62,710 nucleotides of DNA, taken from IMG/VR virus record IMGVR_UViG_3300021437_000018, positions 1 through 62,710 of that record; one strand, 5' to 3'. Shown here piece after piece: positions 55,072-62,710 of this stretch. Below the pieces are notes generated by a model that saw only the letters and a list, made by a program, of their open reading frames with translations, ran no database searches and had not been told where the DNA came from. Both the position numbers and the translations under genes were made by a program. The stretch's first letter is position 1. Every line of letters starts with the position of its first letter. This DNA comes from a virus (taxonomy: Duplodnaviria; Caudoviricetes).

Positions 55072-55920
55072 ATGAACGTAACCGAAATCAACTGGACGGA
55101 GCTGACGTGGAACCCGGCGTCTGGCTGCAAGAAGCTGAGTGCCGGCTGCAAGTACTGCTACGCCCACGGGATTGCTGAACCTAAGCGTGGTACGGCAGCT
55201 TTCCCGGTCGGATTCGATGTGATGTTGAGGCCATGGAAGCTCGGTGAGCCAGCGAAGGTGAAGCGCCCGAGCCTCATTTTCACGAACTCGATGACAGACA
55301 TGTTTCTCGACGAGATTTCTGACTCGTATCGGGACCAGATTTTGGATGCCATGGCGAACGCGTCGCATCATCGATATCAGGTACTGACTAAGCGTCCAGA
55401 GATTGCTGCCCGCTACTTCGCGACTCGCAAAGTGCCAGACTACCTCTGGCTCGGGACCACTGTGGAGCATCAGGCTACGGCGCATCGCATTGAAACGCTG
55501 AAGTCAATTGACGCGAAAGTGCGCTACGTGTCGGCTGAGCCTCTGCTTGGACCAATCGTAGCTGACTTGGTTGGGATCCACTGGTTGATTTCCGGAGGTG
55601 AGTCAGGAAACCATCTCATGCGCCCCAATGTTTGCACCGAGCGCGCGCTGGTGCGCCGAGGTGGGGCCGGAGAATCCACTTGGGTTGCACGAGACGATCG
55701 TATGGACTGGGTTCGCGGACTTCGCGACCAATGCCAACGTGACAACGTGGCATTCTGGCACAAGCAATGGGGCGGCTCGAAGGGATTTCTTGCTGGTCGT
55801 CTGCTCGATGGGCGGACTTGGGACGAAATGCCGCGTGTCCCCGGTGCTATGCCGGCGGCCTATAAGCACAAGGCAGCGTCTGCTAAACCGGTGCGACAGG
55901 TTTGCTTGCCGCTTGTTTGA
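55072..55920 (+). CDS. DUF5131 (phage gp37/gp68, radical-SAM-like three-Cys) protein
   Basis: INWTELTWNP.SGC..LSAGCKYCYA, IFTNSMTDMF, QVLTKRP, SAEPLLG, GGESG and KQWGG. Confidence 0.9.
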   Translation: MNVTEINWTELTWNPASGCKKLSAGCKYCYAHGIAEPKRGTAAFPVGFDVMLRPWKLGEPAKVKRPSLIFTNSMTDMFLDEISDSYRDQILDAMANASHHRYQVLTKRPEIAARYFATRKVPDYLWLGTTVEHQATAHRIETLKSIDAKVRYVSAEPLLGPIVADLVGIHWLISGGESGNHLMRPNVCTERALVRRGGAGESTWVARDDRMDWVRGLRDQCQRDNVAFWHKQWGGSKGFLAGRLLDGRTWDEMPRVPGAMPAAYKHKAASAKPVRQVCLPLV

Positions 55921-56515
55921 GGCCGGAAAATATGGTGGTCGAGTAATTCATTACTTGGCCACCTTTTCCACTTCCATTTCCTTCGAAGCTCCATGTGTCA
56001 ATAATTTTGACCCCGGCGCGTTTGGCAAACCCAAGTAGTGCCAGATGCTGCAGGTTGGAGCTGACGCTTGTTTTGGCGGAGCATTTGGGTTGGCAACCGA
56101 TCAATTTTGCCATCGCGTTCGGCAGCGCCCCGTAGCGGAGCTTCATTGAAGAGCCGTCTGTGAGAACAAGCGCGCCCAATTCTTCAGGTAACCAATGCCG
56201 ACGCTCTGCTAGAATGAGCGCGCAATCCCAAGGGGAACCGAATGCATCGAAGTCGAAGATGTTGAATTGTTGCAGATCTAGGTGGCGTAAAGCGATGGTA
56301 TTGTCGCAGCACATACGAGCCATTGGCTCTTCCAGGGTGATTGGAAGCAGATCGCAGCCCACATACTGATCGGCTTTAGCCCACGCGCCTTGCCACATTT
56401 CACCGAGTCCGGAGAAAGCTTCAAATACACGCGCTGGCTTCACATGCTCGAGTGCAATGTGACGTAGCTCTAGTTTCTGTGAGATGGCTGCTGGAGCAGA
56501 GAAAACCTTGGCCAT
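55883..56515 (-). CDS. class I SAM-dependent methyltransferase-like protein
   Basis: VFEAFSGLG (motif I) and FNIFDFDAFGSP. Confidence 0.7.
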   Translation of the reverse strand: MAKVFSAPAAISQKLELRHIALEHVKPARVFEAFSGLGEMWQGAWAKADQYVGCDLLPITLEEPMARMCCDNTIALRHLDLQQFNIFDFDAFGSPWDCALILAERRHWLPEELGALVLTDGSSMKLRYGALPNAMAKLIGCQPKCSAKTSVSSNLQHLALLGFAKRAGVKIIDTWSFEGNGSGKGGQVMNYSTTIFSGLKQAASKPVAPV

Positions 56516-57186
56516 CAGAACTCCGTCACCGAGGTGTCGACCTGCACACCTTTGTGCTTCTTGAGGTTGCGGCGCAATTCTTCAATGGTGCCTTGCATTG
56601 CGCTTAATGGGCCAGTGATGGTCATCGTGAAGCTAGCATCGTTGTTGGCTTTTGTGATAGATGTGGCTTTGCTGCGCGTGTCTTTGATGCCGAATTCGTC
56701 TGAATCGGCAGTGATTGAGAACCCAATGTCTAGAAGATTGTCGGCGCTAAGTTCTGCCAATACGTCGGGGAGTAGATCTGTGTCCCATGGTGACCACTCG
56801 TTGGATTTGTTATCGGCTAGTGCAAGCTCATTGGCTTGAGCGCGCGTTAGGTCGGTACGCATGCGACATGGTACTAGGCCGGTTTCTGCTACTCGAATTG
56901 CTTCCGGGTGCCATTTGGCACGCTGCTCGGGAGAGCAAAGCGGCAATCGGCGCTGAAGAATCGCGACAGCTTTCTTTCGTGTGTGGCCCCCGATGATGCG
57001 CTTGGTACCGGTATTTGGCTCAACCCAAGCGAGCATTGCTGTTCCAAAGCCGTATTTGATGATTAGTTTTGCTACTTTAGCCGCAGAATCATCGTTCCTT
57101 CGTGGGTTTTTGTCCCAAGGAATTAGCTCGCTGACGTGGATCCAGTCGGCGGCATTGGAGGTTGATGTTGTCGTTTTGGGTGTCAT
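56515..57186 (-). CDS. ParB/Srx N-terminal domain protein
   Basis: LIPWDKNPRRND, KYGF, IIGGHTRKKA and LALADNKSNEWSPWD. Confidence 0.85.
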   Translation of the reverse strand: MTPKTTTSTSNAADWIHVSELIPWDKNPRRNDDSAAKVAKLIIKYGFGTAMLAWVEPNTGTKRIIGGHTRKKAVAILQRRLPLCSPEQRAKWHPEAIRVAETGLVPCRMRTDLTRAQANELALADNKSNEWSPWDTDLLPDVLAELSADNLLDIGFSITADSDEFGIKDTRSKATSITKANNDASFTMTITGPLSAMQGTIEELRRNLKKHKGVQVDTSVTEF

Positions 57187-57242
57187 TGCTACGATTGTGT
57201 CCCTGTCTCGACATACGAGCAAGCTCGGGGTAGGATGGCGAC

Positions 57243-57641
57243 ATGATCCAGACTTTCCAGATTACTGGTGGCGCAGCGGCAGATCCAGATCCTCGAGCGG
57301 CTCCCGCTACGATTCCGCCCGATCGGATCCTGAGTGCGGGCGAACGGATTGTCGAGACCGACGAGCAACCCGCTTCGCTCGCTTTGGCTCTTGAAGGGAC
57401 GGCTAGCAACACTTGCCAGGTAACGCTCTGGCATTCGTACGACGACCCACATGCCGTGAATCCGCTCAATCAGCGGTGGTATTTGCTGACCGCGGCGGCC
57501 ATCACGGTGACTGTGGGGCAGGTGATTCGGGCTCCAATTTTGCCGGGTCGAACCTACATTCGGGTGACGGTGGCCAGCGCTGCGGACTCGGTGCTCAAGG
57601 CCCGCGTGTTGTCGCAGCCTTACGCGACCCCGGTGGCGTAA
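57243..57641 (+). CDS. hypothetical (possibly structural) protein
   Basis: Beta-rich 132 aa directly before the portal gene. Confidence 0.55.
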   Translation: MIQTFQITGGAAADPDPRAAPATIPPDRILSAGERIVETDEQPASLALALEGTASNTCQVTLWHSYDDPHAVNPLNQRWYLLTAAAITVTVGQVIRAPILPGRTYIRVTVASAADSVLKARVLSQPYATPVA

Positions 57642-57645
57642 GGCA

Positions 57646-59277
57646 ATGGATCCGCGTCTACTTATATTGCTCGCGGGGCTACGACTTGATCTCTTTTGCT
57701 CGAGCGACCGCTACAAGCAACTAGATTTGGCGGACGCATACATCCGCGGGAACCAGTACGCCAAGCGGCGTTACGATTGGGACGCCGCCTTCGTGGGCTA
57801 CGAAGGCGACGCATCGATCCAGGCCCAATACTATGTTCCCATGGGTGCTCGGCGCCCAGCGGTGCGGCGAGATCTCCCGAAGCTGATCGTCTCGCGACTC
57901 ACTGCGATGGCTTTTGGTAAGGAACAATGGCCAGAACTCAAGATTCCTGGAGACGAGGACGCAGAAGACTACGTGAAGGCGCTCTGCGAAGAATCCTGCA
58001 TTCCTGAGCGGTTCATTGAGGCTCGGGACAAGGGCGGCGCCGCTGGCGTGGTGTGTTTCTCATTTGGTTTTGTCGACGGCAAACCCAAGGTGCGGGTGCA
58101 TGAGGGGAAATATTGCCGTGTTCTGCGATGGGTGGATCGCGACGAGTATCTAGTGGGCGCGGCGCTCAAGGTTTATCGATACGAGCAGGCCGAGATTGTT
58201 GAGGGCAAAATCAAGCAAGTGCCTTACTACTCGGTCCGGTATTGGGACGAAGACTGCGAGATCGTCTGGAATCCAGTGCCGGAGCGATTGGCTCGCGATG
58301 GTACCTGGGCATCGATTGTCAAATCGTTCATCGCCCGACACAACTACGGGCAATGCCCATTTTTTTGGTGCCAGAACCTGCCCGACTCTGAGCGAGAGGA
58401 CGGCGCCTCGGATTTCGATGGGATGCTCCATCGGTTCGACCAAATCAACTACTTGGCCAGTTCGACCAACAAAGGGACGATTGCCAACGTTGATCCAACC
58501 CTCGTGATCAAGGATGATCCGGGGGGGAATTCGGGAGTCGTGCGCAAAGGGTCGGAAAACGCGATTTACTCGAAGGGGGGCGCCGACTATCTGGAACTCG
58601 AGGGGACCGCGGTAGAAGCGGCGTCCAAATGGTGTGAGCGACTCGAGAATTGGTGCTTGGACGAGGCTTGCGTGGTGATGCCTACGGCGGCGACACAGGT
58701 GGCAAAGGAGCAATCGGGCGAAGCGATCAAGCTTCGATTTATGCCCATGGCCGCACAGTGCGACAAGTTGCGCGGACAGTACGGGGCGACGCTCAAGCGC
58801 TTGTTGGTGGCGATGCTGGAGGCCTCTCGACGCATTCTCTCGCAGCCGCCTGGTCCGGTTGTGACGACCGCGGATGGTCGGCGTGTGCAAGCGGTGGCCA
58901 CCGTGACCTTGCCTCCTAGGTACGAGGAAACGACCGGGACCGACGGGAAACCGGTGGTGACCAAGACAGAGCGGCGCCCTGGCGCATCGTCAGATCTGCA
59001 GCTCAATTGGCGCTCGTACTTCCCCCCGACTCCGATCGATATTCAGGCAATGGTTACATCGGCAACGACGGCCAAGGGTCAATTAATTTCGCAGAAGACT
59101 GCGATCCAATACACGGCGCAGGTGTTTGGCGTGAAAGATCCCGATCAAGAGTCGGCTGAGATAGACGCAGAGCGCGAAGCGGCGGTCGAACTGATGAATC
59201 AGCCGGGGCCCGAAGGCACTTTCGGCGCAGGACCCAAGGGCAAAGAAAAAGACGACGACGAGGGCGACGAGGCCTAG
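57646..59277 (+). CDS. portal protein (SPP1 gp6-like)
   Basis: HNYGQCPFFW, SGEAIKLRF, LISQKTA and an acidic tail; between terL and MuF. Confidence 0.85.
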   Translation: MDPRLLILLAGLRLDLFCSSDRYKQLDLADAYIRGNQYAKRRYDWDAAFVGYEGDASIQAQYYVPMGARRPAVRRDLPKLIVSRLTAMAFGKEQWPELKIPGDEDAEDYVKALCEESCIPERFIEARDKGGAAGVVCFSFGFVDGKPKVRVHEGKYCRVLRWVDRDEYLVGAALKVYRYEQAEIVEGKIKQVPYYSVRYWDEDCEIVWNPVPERLARDGTWASIVKSFIARHNYGQCPFFWCQNLPDSEREDGASDFDGMLHRFDQINYLASSTNKGTIANVDPTLVIKDDPGGNSGVVRKGSENAIYSKGGADYLELEGTAVEAASKWCERLENWCLDEACVVMPTAATQVAKEQSGEAIKLRFMPMAAQCDKLRGQYGATLKRLLVAMLEASRRILSQPPGPVVTTADGRRVQAVATVTLPPRYEETTGTDGKPVVTKTERRPGASSDLQLNWRSYFPPTPIDIQAMVTSATTAKGQLISQKTAIQYTAQVFGVKDPDQESAEIDAEREAAVELMNQPGPEGTFGAGPKGKEKDDDEGDEA

Positions 59278-59280
59278 TCC

Positions 59281-61437
59281 ATGGCTGGTCTAGCCGACCC
59301 AAATGCGGCGGTAGAGCTATCACTGAACCGTGCGACCCGGCTCATTCAGAGTGGCGCTGGCAACACCCTGAGCCTGTTGCAGGCGGCAGATCGGGAGCTA
59401 CTCGATCGGCTGCAGCACATTGCTCGAAAGCACGGTGGGCCAGCTGGCACCTACACCGAGGCGCACGCTCAGATTTACCGTCAGCAAATTCGGCTAGTGA
59501 CGAACTACGTTCAGCAGCGAATGCTGGGCAAGACCAACGAGCAGGCGCGAGAGGCAATCAAGTTGGGGGTCAAGCAAACGGTTGCCTTGGCAACTCGGCT
59601 CGAGGAGCACTGGACAGGCATCACGAGGCCCCTGGCGCTGCACTCGCAGGCCATGCAAGACGAGATCGTGCGCGGCACGGGCGCGAGTCGCATCCGGCAA
59701 AACGAGGCGTCCTGGCAGCGCTACGGCGACGCAATGACCCGGGATTTTGAGCGCCAGCTGCGGTTGGGGCAGTTGATGGGGCTGAGTCACCACGAGGTGA
59801 TTTCGCGAGTCATCTCAGCGGGCGCCAAGGGAGGCTTGGACGCGGCAAAGCTTCATGAGCAGACCCCCGGCTCATTCCCCGCTCCCACGGGATATGTGGC
59901 TCGGCGGTACTGGGCAGAGCGGATCGTCCGGACCGAAACGGCCTACAGCTACAACGCGGCGGGACTGAATACGATGCAGGGGTTTCGGAACACCGATTTC
60001 CCCGACATGCAGAAGAAAATCCTCGCGCACTTCGACAACCGGACGGCCCCTGATTCAATTGCGGTCCACGGTCAGATCCGGCCGCTCGATGGCTACTTCA
60101 TGGACGGCGCTGGGCGGCAGTATCTACACCCCCCAGGGCGTCCCAACGACCGCGAGACGGTGATCCCTTGGCGGCCCCATTGGGGGGAGCTGGAAGCGAC
60201 GGAGCCGCCTTCGGTGGCAGAGCAGATTGAGGCGCAGCAAGAGGCAACGAGCGACAAGCTGCCAGCCCATGCAGTAGCCCAGAGGCGCGCGACGGCCGCG
60301 GGTGCCATCCAAGCTGCTACAGTCGCTCGCAAGCTTGCTCAGAAGCCAGTCAAGGTCCAGGCTCAAGAGCTATTGGCAACAGAACAGGCGCAGCCCACCG
60401 AGGCCGAGATCGCCAAGCAAGAAGCCAAGATGGCCAAGCAAGCCGAGAAAGCCGCGAAGGTGGCCGCGCTTAAAGCAGAGAAACAGGTGGCAAAAGAAGT
60501 AGCGAAAGCTGCCAAGGCTGCACAGAAAAAGCTGTTGCTTGTCGCGAAGATTGCTCAGGAATTGGTCAAGAAAGCCGAATTGTTGGCTGCTAAGAAAGCA
60601 GCGAAAGCGCCGCTAGCTAGTCGCGACGCCGGGGCTTCGTTGCCGAGCGTATTACCAACGGCCCCCGATGGAACGCCGTTACGACCTGTGCCAGTGTTGC
60701 GGCGCCGCAAGTTACCAACCAAGATGACCGCGGCCGAAATCGTGGCCGCAGGACAAGAGGTTCGGCGCACGTCTCGGCCTCGATCGGTGAAGTGGCATCC
60801 GCCCAATGTGCGCAAGGAGGATGCTGCATATCAGCAGAGAATGTATTTTGCTCCAGGAAATTTGATTGACGCGAATGGCCGAAATGGACTGTCGAGGTTC
60901 TCTTACGATCATGATTTCCTGATCCGTAAGTATATGGCTGGTGCGACGAAGGCTGAATTGGAGGCCTTAGAGGCTGCACACGCCGGCAAAACTGTCGCGG
61001 ATCAAGACGTGCGCGGGAAGGTTGAGCGTTCAATTCGATCGGCGCATGAGATAGAGCGTGTTTTTGCTCGTGGTGAAGATTCGCCAGCAAAGACAGTCTT
61101 CCGTGGCCTTGGCGGCATTAGCGATTCGCTGCTAACACGGATGCTTGGCGGTGATGTGTTTGATTTGGGTGGCATGCCGTCGTCGTCTAGCATTTCGACG
61201 GCGACGGCAGAATCGTTCATGAAAACCAACATGATCCACAAAGACGGAGCCGGAGTCATGCTGGAATTGCACCGCAAATCCAAGGCTATCGGATTTGACT
61301 CAGTGAGCCAATGCAAGGGCGAAGATGAGGTGTTGCTGCACGGCAATACGCAATGGCGCGTCTTGCGGCGGCAGCGAATGATGGATTGGCGAGGTCGAGA
61401 AACGTGGCATATTGAAGCAGAGGAGATTTCCCCATGA
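59281..61437 (+). CDS. head morphogenesis protein (MuF/SPP1 gp7) fused to a C-terminal ADP-ribosyltransferase
   Basis: MuF: AERIVRTET...DNRT....HGQ...PPGRPNDR. Lys/Ala linker. ART R-S-E motifs: VFRG, PSSSS and GEDEVLL. Confidence 0.8.
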   Translation: MAGLADPNAAVELSLNRATRLIQSGAGNTLSLLQAADRELLDRLQHIARKHGGPAGTYTEAHAQIYRQQIRLVTNYVQQRMLGKTNEQAREAIKLGVKQTVALATRLEEHWTGITRPLALHSQAMQDEIVRGTGASRIRQNEASWQRYGDAMTRDFERQLRLGQLMGLSHHEVISRVISAGAKGGLDAAKLHEQTPGSFPAPTGYVARRYWAERIVRTETAYSYNAAGLNTMQGFRNTDFPDMQKKILAHFDNRTAPDSIAVHGQIRPLDGYFMDGAGRQYLHPPGRPNDRETVIPWRPHWGELEATEPPSVAEQIEAQQEATSDKLPAHAVAQRRATAAGAIQAATVARKLAQKPVKVQAQELLATEQAQPTEAEIAKQEAKMAKQAEKAAKVAALKAEKQVAKEVAKAAKAAQKKLLLVAKIAQELVKKAELLAAKKAAKAPLASRDAGASLPSVLPTAPDGTPLRPVPVLRRRKLPTKMTAAEIVAAGQEVRRTSRPRSVKWHPPNVRKEDAAYQQRMYFAPGNLIDANGRNGLSRFSYDHDFLIRKYMAGATKAELEALEAAHAGKTVADQDVRGKVERSIRSAHEIERVFARGEDSPAKTVFRGLGGISDSLLTRMLGGDVFDLGGMPSSSSISTATAESFMKTNMIHKDGAGVMLELHRKSKAIGFDSVSQCKGEDEVLLHGNTQWRVLRRQRMMDWRGRETWHIEAEEISP

Positions 61438-61640
61438 GTGATAAATTCCCAAAATATGGGACTCTTGACGGCAAACAGGTCGAATTGACTGATGAATTTA
61501 TTCAATTGACTTCGGCACGGGATCTGCAAAATGTGCGCGTGCAGGTAAATGGTCGAGAACTACGGCCATTCAAATCGTGTCGAGAGCCGGTTGAGAGCCA
61601 AATCGGTAGCTGGCCCGGCTTGACTGCTCCAACTAGTTAG
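61434..61640 (+). CDS. small hypothetical protein (immunity candidate)
   Basis: GAGGAG SD and ATGA coupling to the MuF-ART gene. Confidence 0.5.
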   Translation: MSDKFPKYGTLDGKQVELTDEFIQLTSARDLQNVRVQVNGRELRPFKSCREPVESQIGSWPGLTAPTS

Positions 61641-61647
61641 CTATACT
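61620..61647 (+). promoter_or_regulatory. sigma70-like promoter
   Basis: TTGACT-N16-TATACT, then a hairpin and an AGAAAGTAG RBS. Confidence 0.6.
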
Positions 61648-61686
61648 GGCACTTGATAGCGACGAAAGTCGCAGAAAGTAGGAAAA

Positions 61687-62232
61687 GTGAGATACAAGAA
61701 AGCCGACCTCTGGCAGGTCAAAAACTATCAGCGCGTGGTGACCACCAATATCGGATGGGATTCGGTGTCGAAGAGAAACAACATGGGTGCGGGGACGGTG
61801 TTGGAGGCAATGGCTCGATGTCCGGAGATTTCCGTGCTTTATGGTCAGGCCTGCAAATTGCTGCGAGAGGCAATGCCGGCGATGGATATGATCGGGCTTC
61901 TGCGGTTGAATGAGTCGATTGGTTGGTCCCTATCGCCAAAGACTCTCGAAGATATGGCCGATCGACTTGGACGACTGATCTTCTTTCCGGTCAAACCACT
62001 ATTGGATCCACTCAACCCAGAACGTTCATGGGCCCAACGCGCCAGTCTGGAGTTGATCCAACGCTCGACAGTAGAGCTGGCTTCGTTCCCTGGCAAAATC
62101 GCTCTAACCCTGCCGGGCTGCGGCAATGGTGGGCTTGCTCCCGATTCGGTTTATCCGATTCTGAAGCGGTATTTGATCGACGATCGGTTCTTGCTCGTGG
62201 ACAATCGAGACGATTGGGAGCCGCCACAATGA
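61687..62232 (+). CDS. macrodomain (ADP-ribose binding/hydrolase, DarG/TARG1-like)
   Basis: ADLW, VVTTN...MGAG, FFPVK..W and [13 protein letters not shown]. Confidence 0.75.
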   Translation: MRYKKADLWQVKNYQRVVTTNIGWDSVSKRNNMGAGTVLEAMARCPEISVLYGQACKLLREAMPAMDMIGLLRLNESIGWSLSPKTLEDMADRLGRLIFFPVKPLLDPLNPERSWAQRASLELIQRSTVELASFPGKIALTLPGCGNGGLAPDSVYPILKRYLIDDRFLLVDNRDDWEPPQ

Positions 62233-62710
62233 CGCAACTCAAGCGATGGGACACGGGAGCGGTAATCTACGAGGGTGAGGGCGCGATTGCTGAACTGGTG
62301 GCAGCGACCCAAAAATTCGGGATCTCCAAATTCAGGGCCAACCTGTGCGGGGCCAACCTGCGCGAGGCCGACCTGCGCGGGGCCGACCTGCGCGGGGCCA
62401 ACCTGCGCGGGGCCAACCTGTGCGAGGCCAACCTGTGCGAGGCCGACCTGTGCAGTGCCAACCTGCGCGAGGCCAACCTGTGCGGGGCCAACCTGCGCGA
62501 GGCCGACCTGTGCAGTGCCAACCTGCGCGAGGCCGACCTGTGCGGGGCCGACCTGTGCAGTGCCAACCTGCGCGGGGCCGACCTGTGCGGGGCCAACCTG
62601 CGCGAGGCCAACCTGTGCGGGGCCAACCTGCGCGAGGCCGACCTGTGCAGGGCCAACCTGCGCGAGGCCGACCTGTGCGGGGCCGACCTGTGCAGTGCCA
62701 ACCTGTGCGG
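62229..62710 (+). CDS. pentapeptide-repeat protein, truncated by the window end
   Basis: ATG62229 [10 protein letters not shown]... followed by A(N/D)L(C/R)(G/E/S) repeats, i.e. 15-bp tandem units from about 62337. Confidence 0.9.
   Translation, partial: MTQLKRWDTGAVIYEGEGAIAELVAATQKFGISKFRANLCGANLREADLRGADLRGANLRGANLCEANLCEADLCSANLREANLCGANLREADLCSANLREADLCGADLCSANLRGADLCGANLREANLCGANLREADLCRANLREADLCGADLCSANLC

Noticed and set aside
62267-62701. Minus-strand Arg/Ser/His repeat ORF; also considered as a CRISPR array
   Set aside because: It is the antisense shadow of the + strand pentapeptide gene. The units are contiguous with no unique spacers.

Overview
This is most of the genome of a tailed dsDNA phage with a contractile tail and a GC-rich sequence. 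Nearly all genes are on the + strand. The window begins inside the head module and ends inside a pentapeptide-repeat gene. Gene order: decoration-like, scaffold and major capsid genes, interrupted by a moron cluster (1-6.3 kb); neck, sheath, tube, frameshifted chaperone, tape measure, baseplate and fibres (7-30 kb); a lysis-like cluster with an amidase and a papain-like protease (30-33 kb); a structured control region and an RHH regulator (33.3-34.2 kb); early genes behind two identical 76-bp promoter cassettes, including a SNF2 ATPase, a MoxR AAA+/VWA pair, a Cas4-like nuclease, an AT-hook protein, a Sak4-like ATPase, an SSB-like and a RuvC-like gene (35-52 kb); and then a DNA MTase, terminase, a DUF5131/MTase/ParB insert, portal, a MuF-ADP-ribosyltransferase fusion and a macrodomain (52-62.7 kb). 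I recognised no integrase, DNA polymerase, tRNA, CRISPR array or reverse transcriptase. The strongest leads are: (i) an unannotated, hairpin-stimulated -1 frameshift that would add about 430 aa of LamG-like domains to the large fibre protein; (ii) a virion MuF-ART followed by a separately promoted macrodomain; (iii) a candidate DNA-modification insert between terL and portal; and (iv) a non-coding regulatory architecture of duplicated promoter cassettes, leaderless-type starts and a ~300-nt element bounded by inverted repeats. All functional calls come from motif recognition by eye; no database searches were run.
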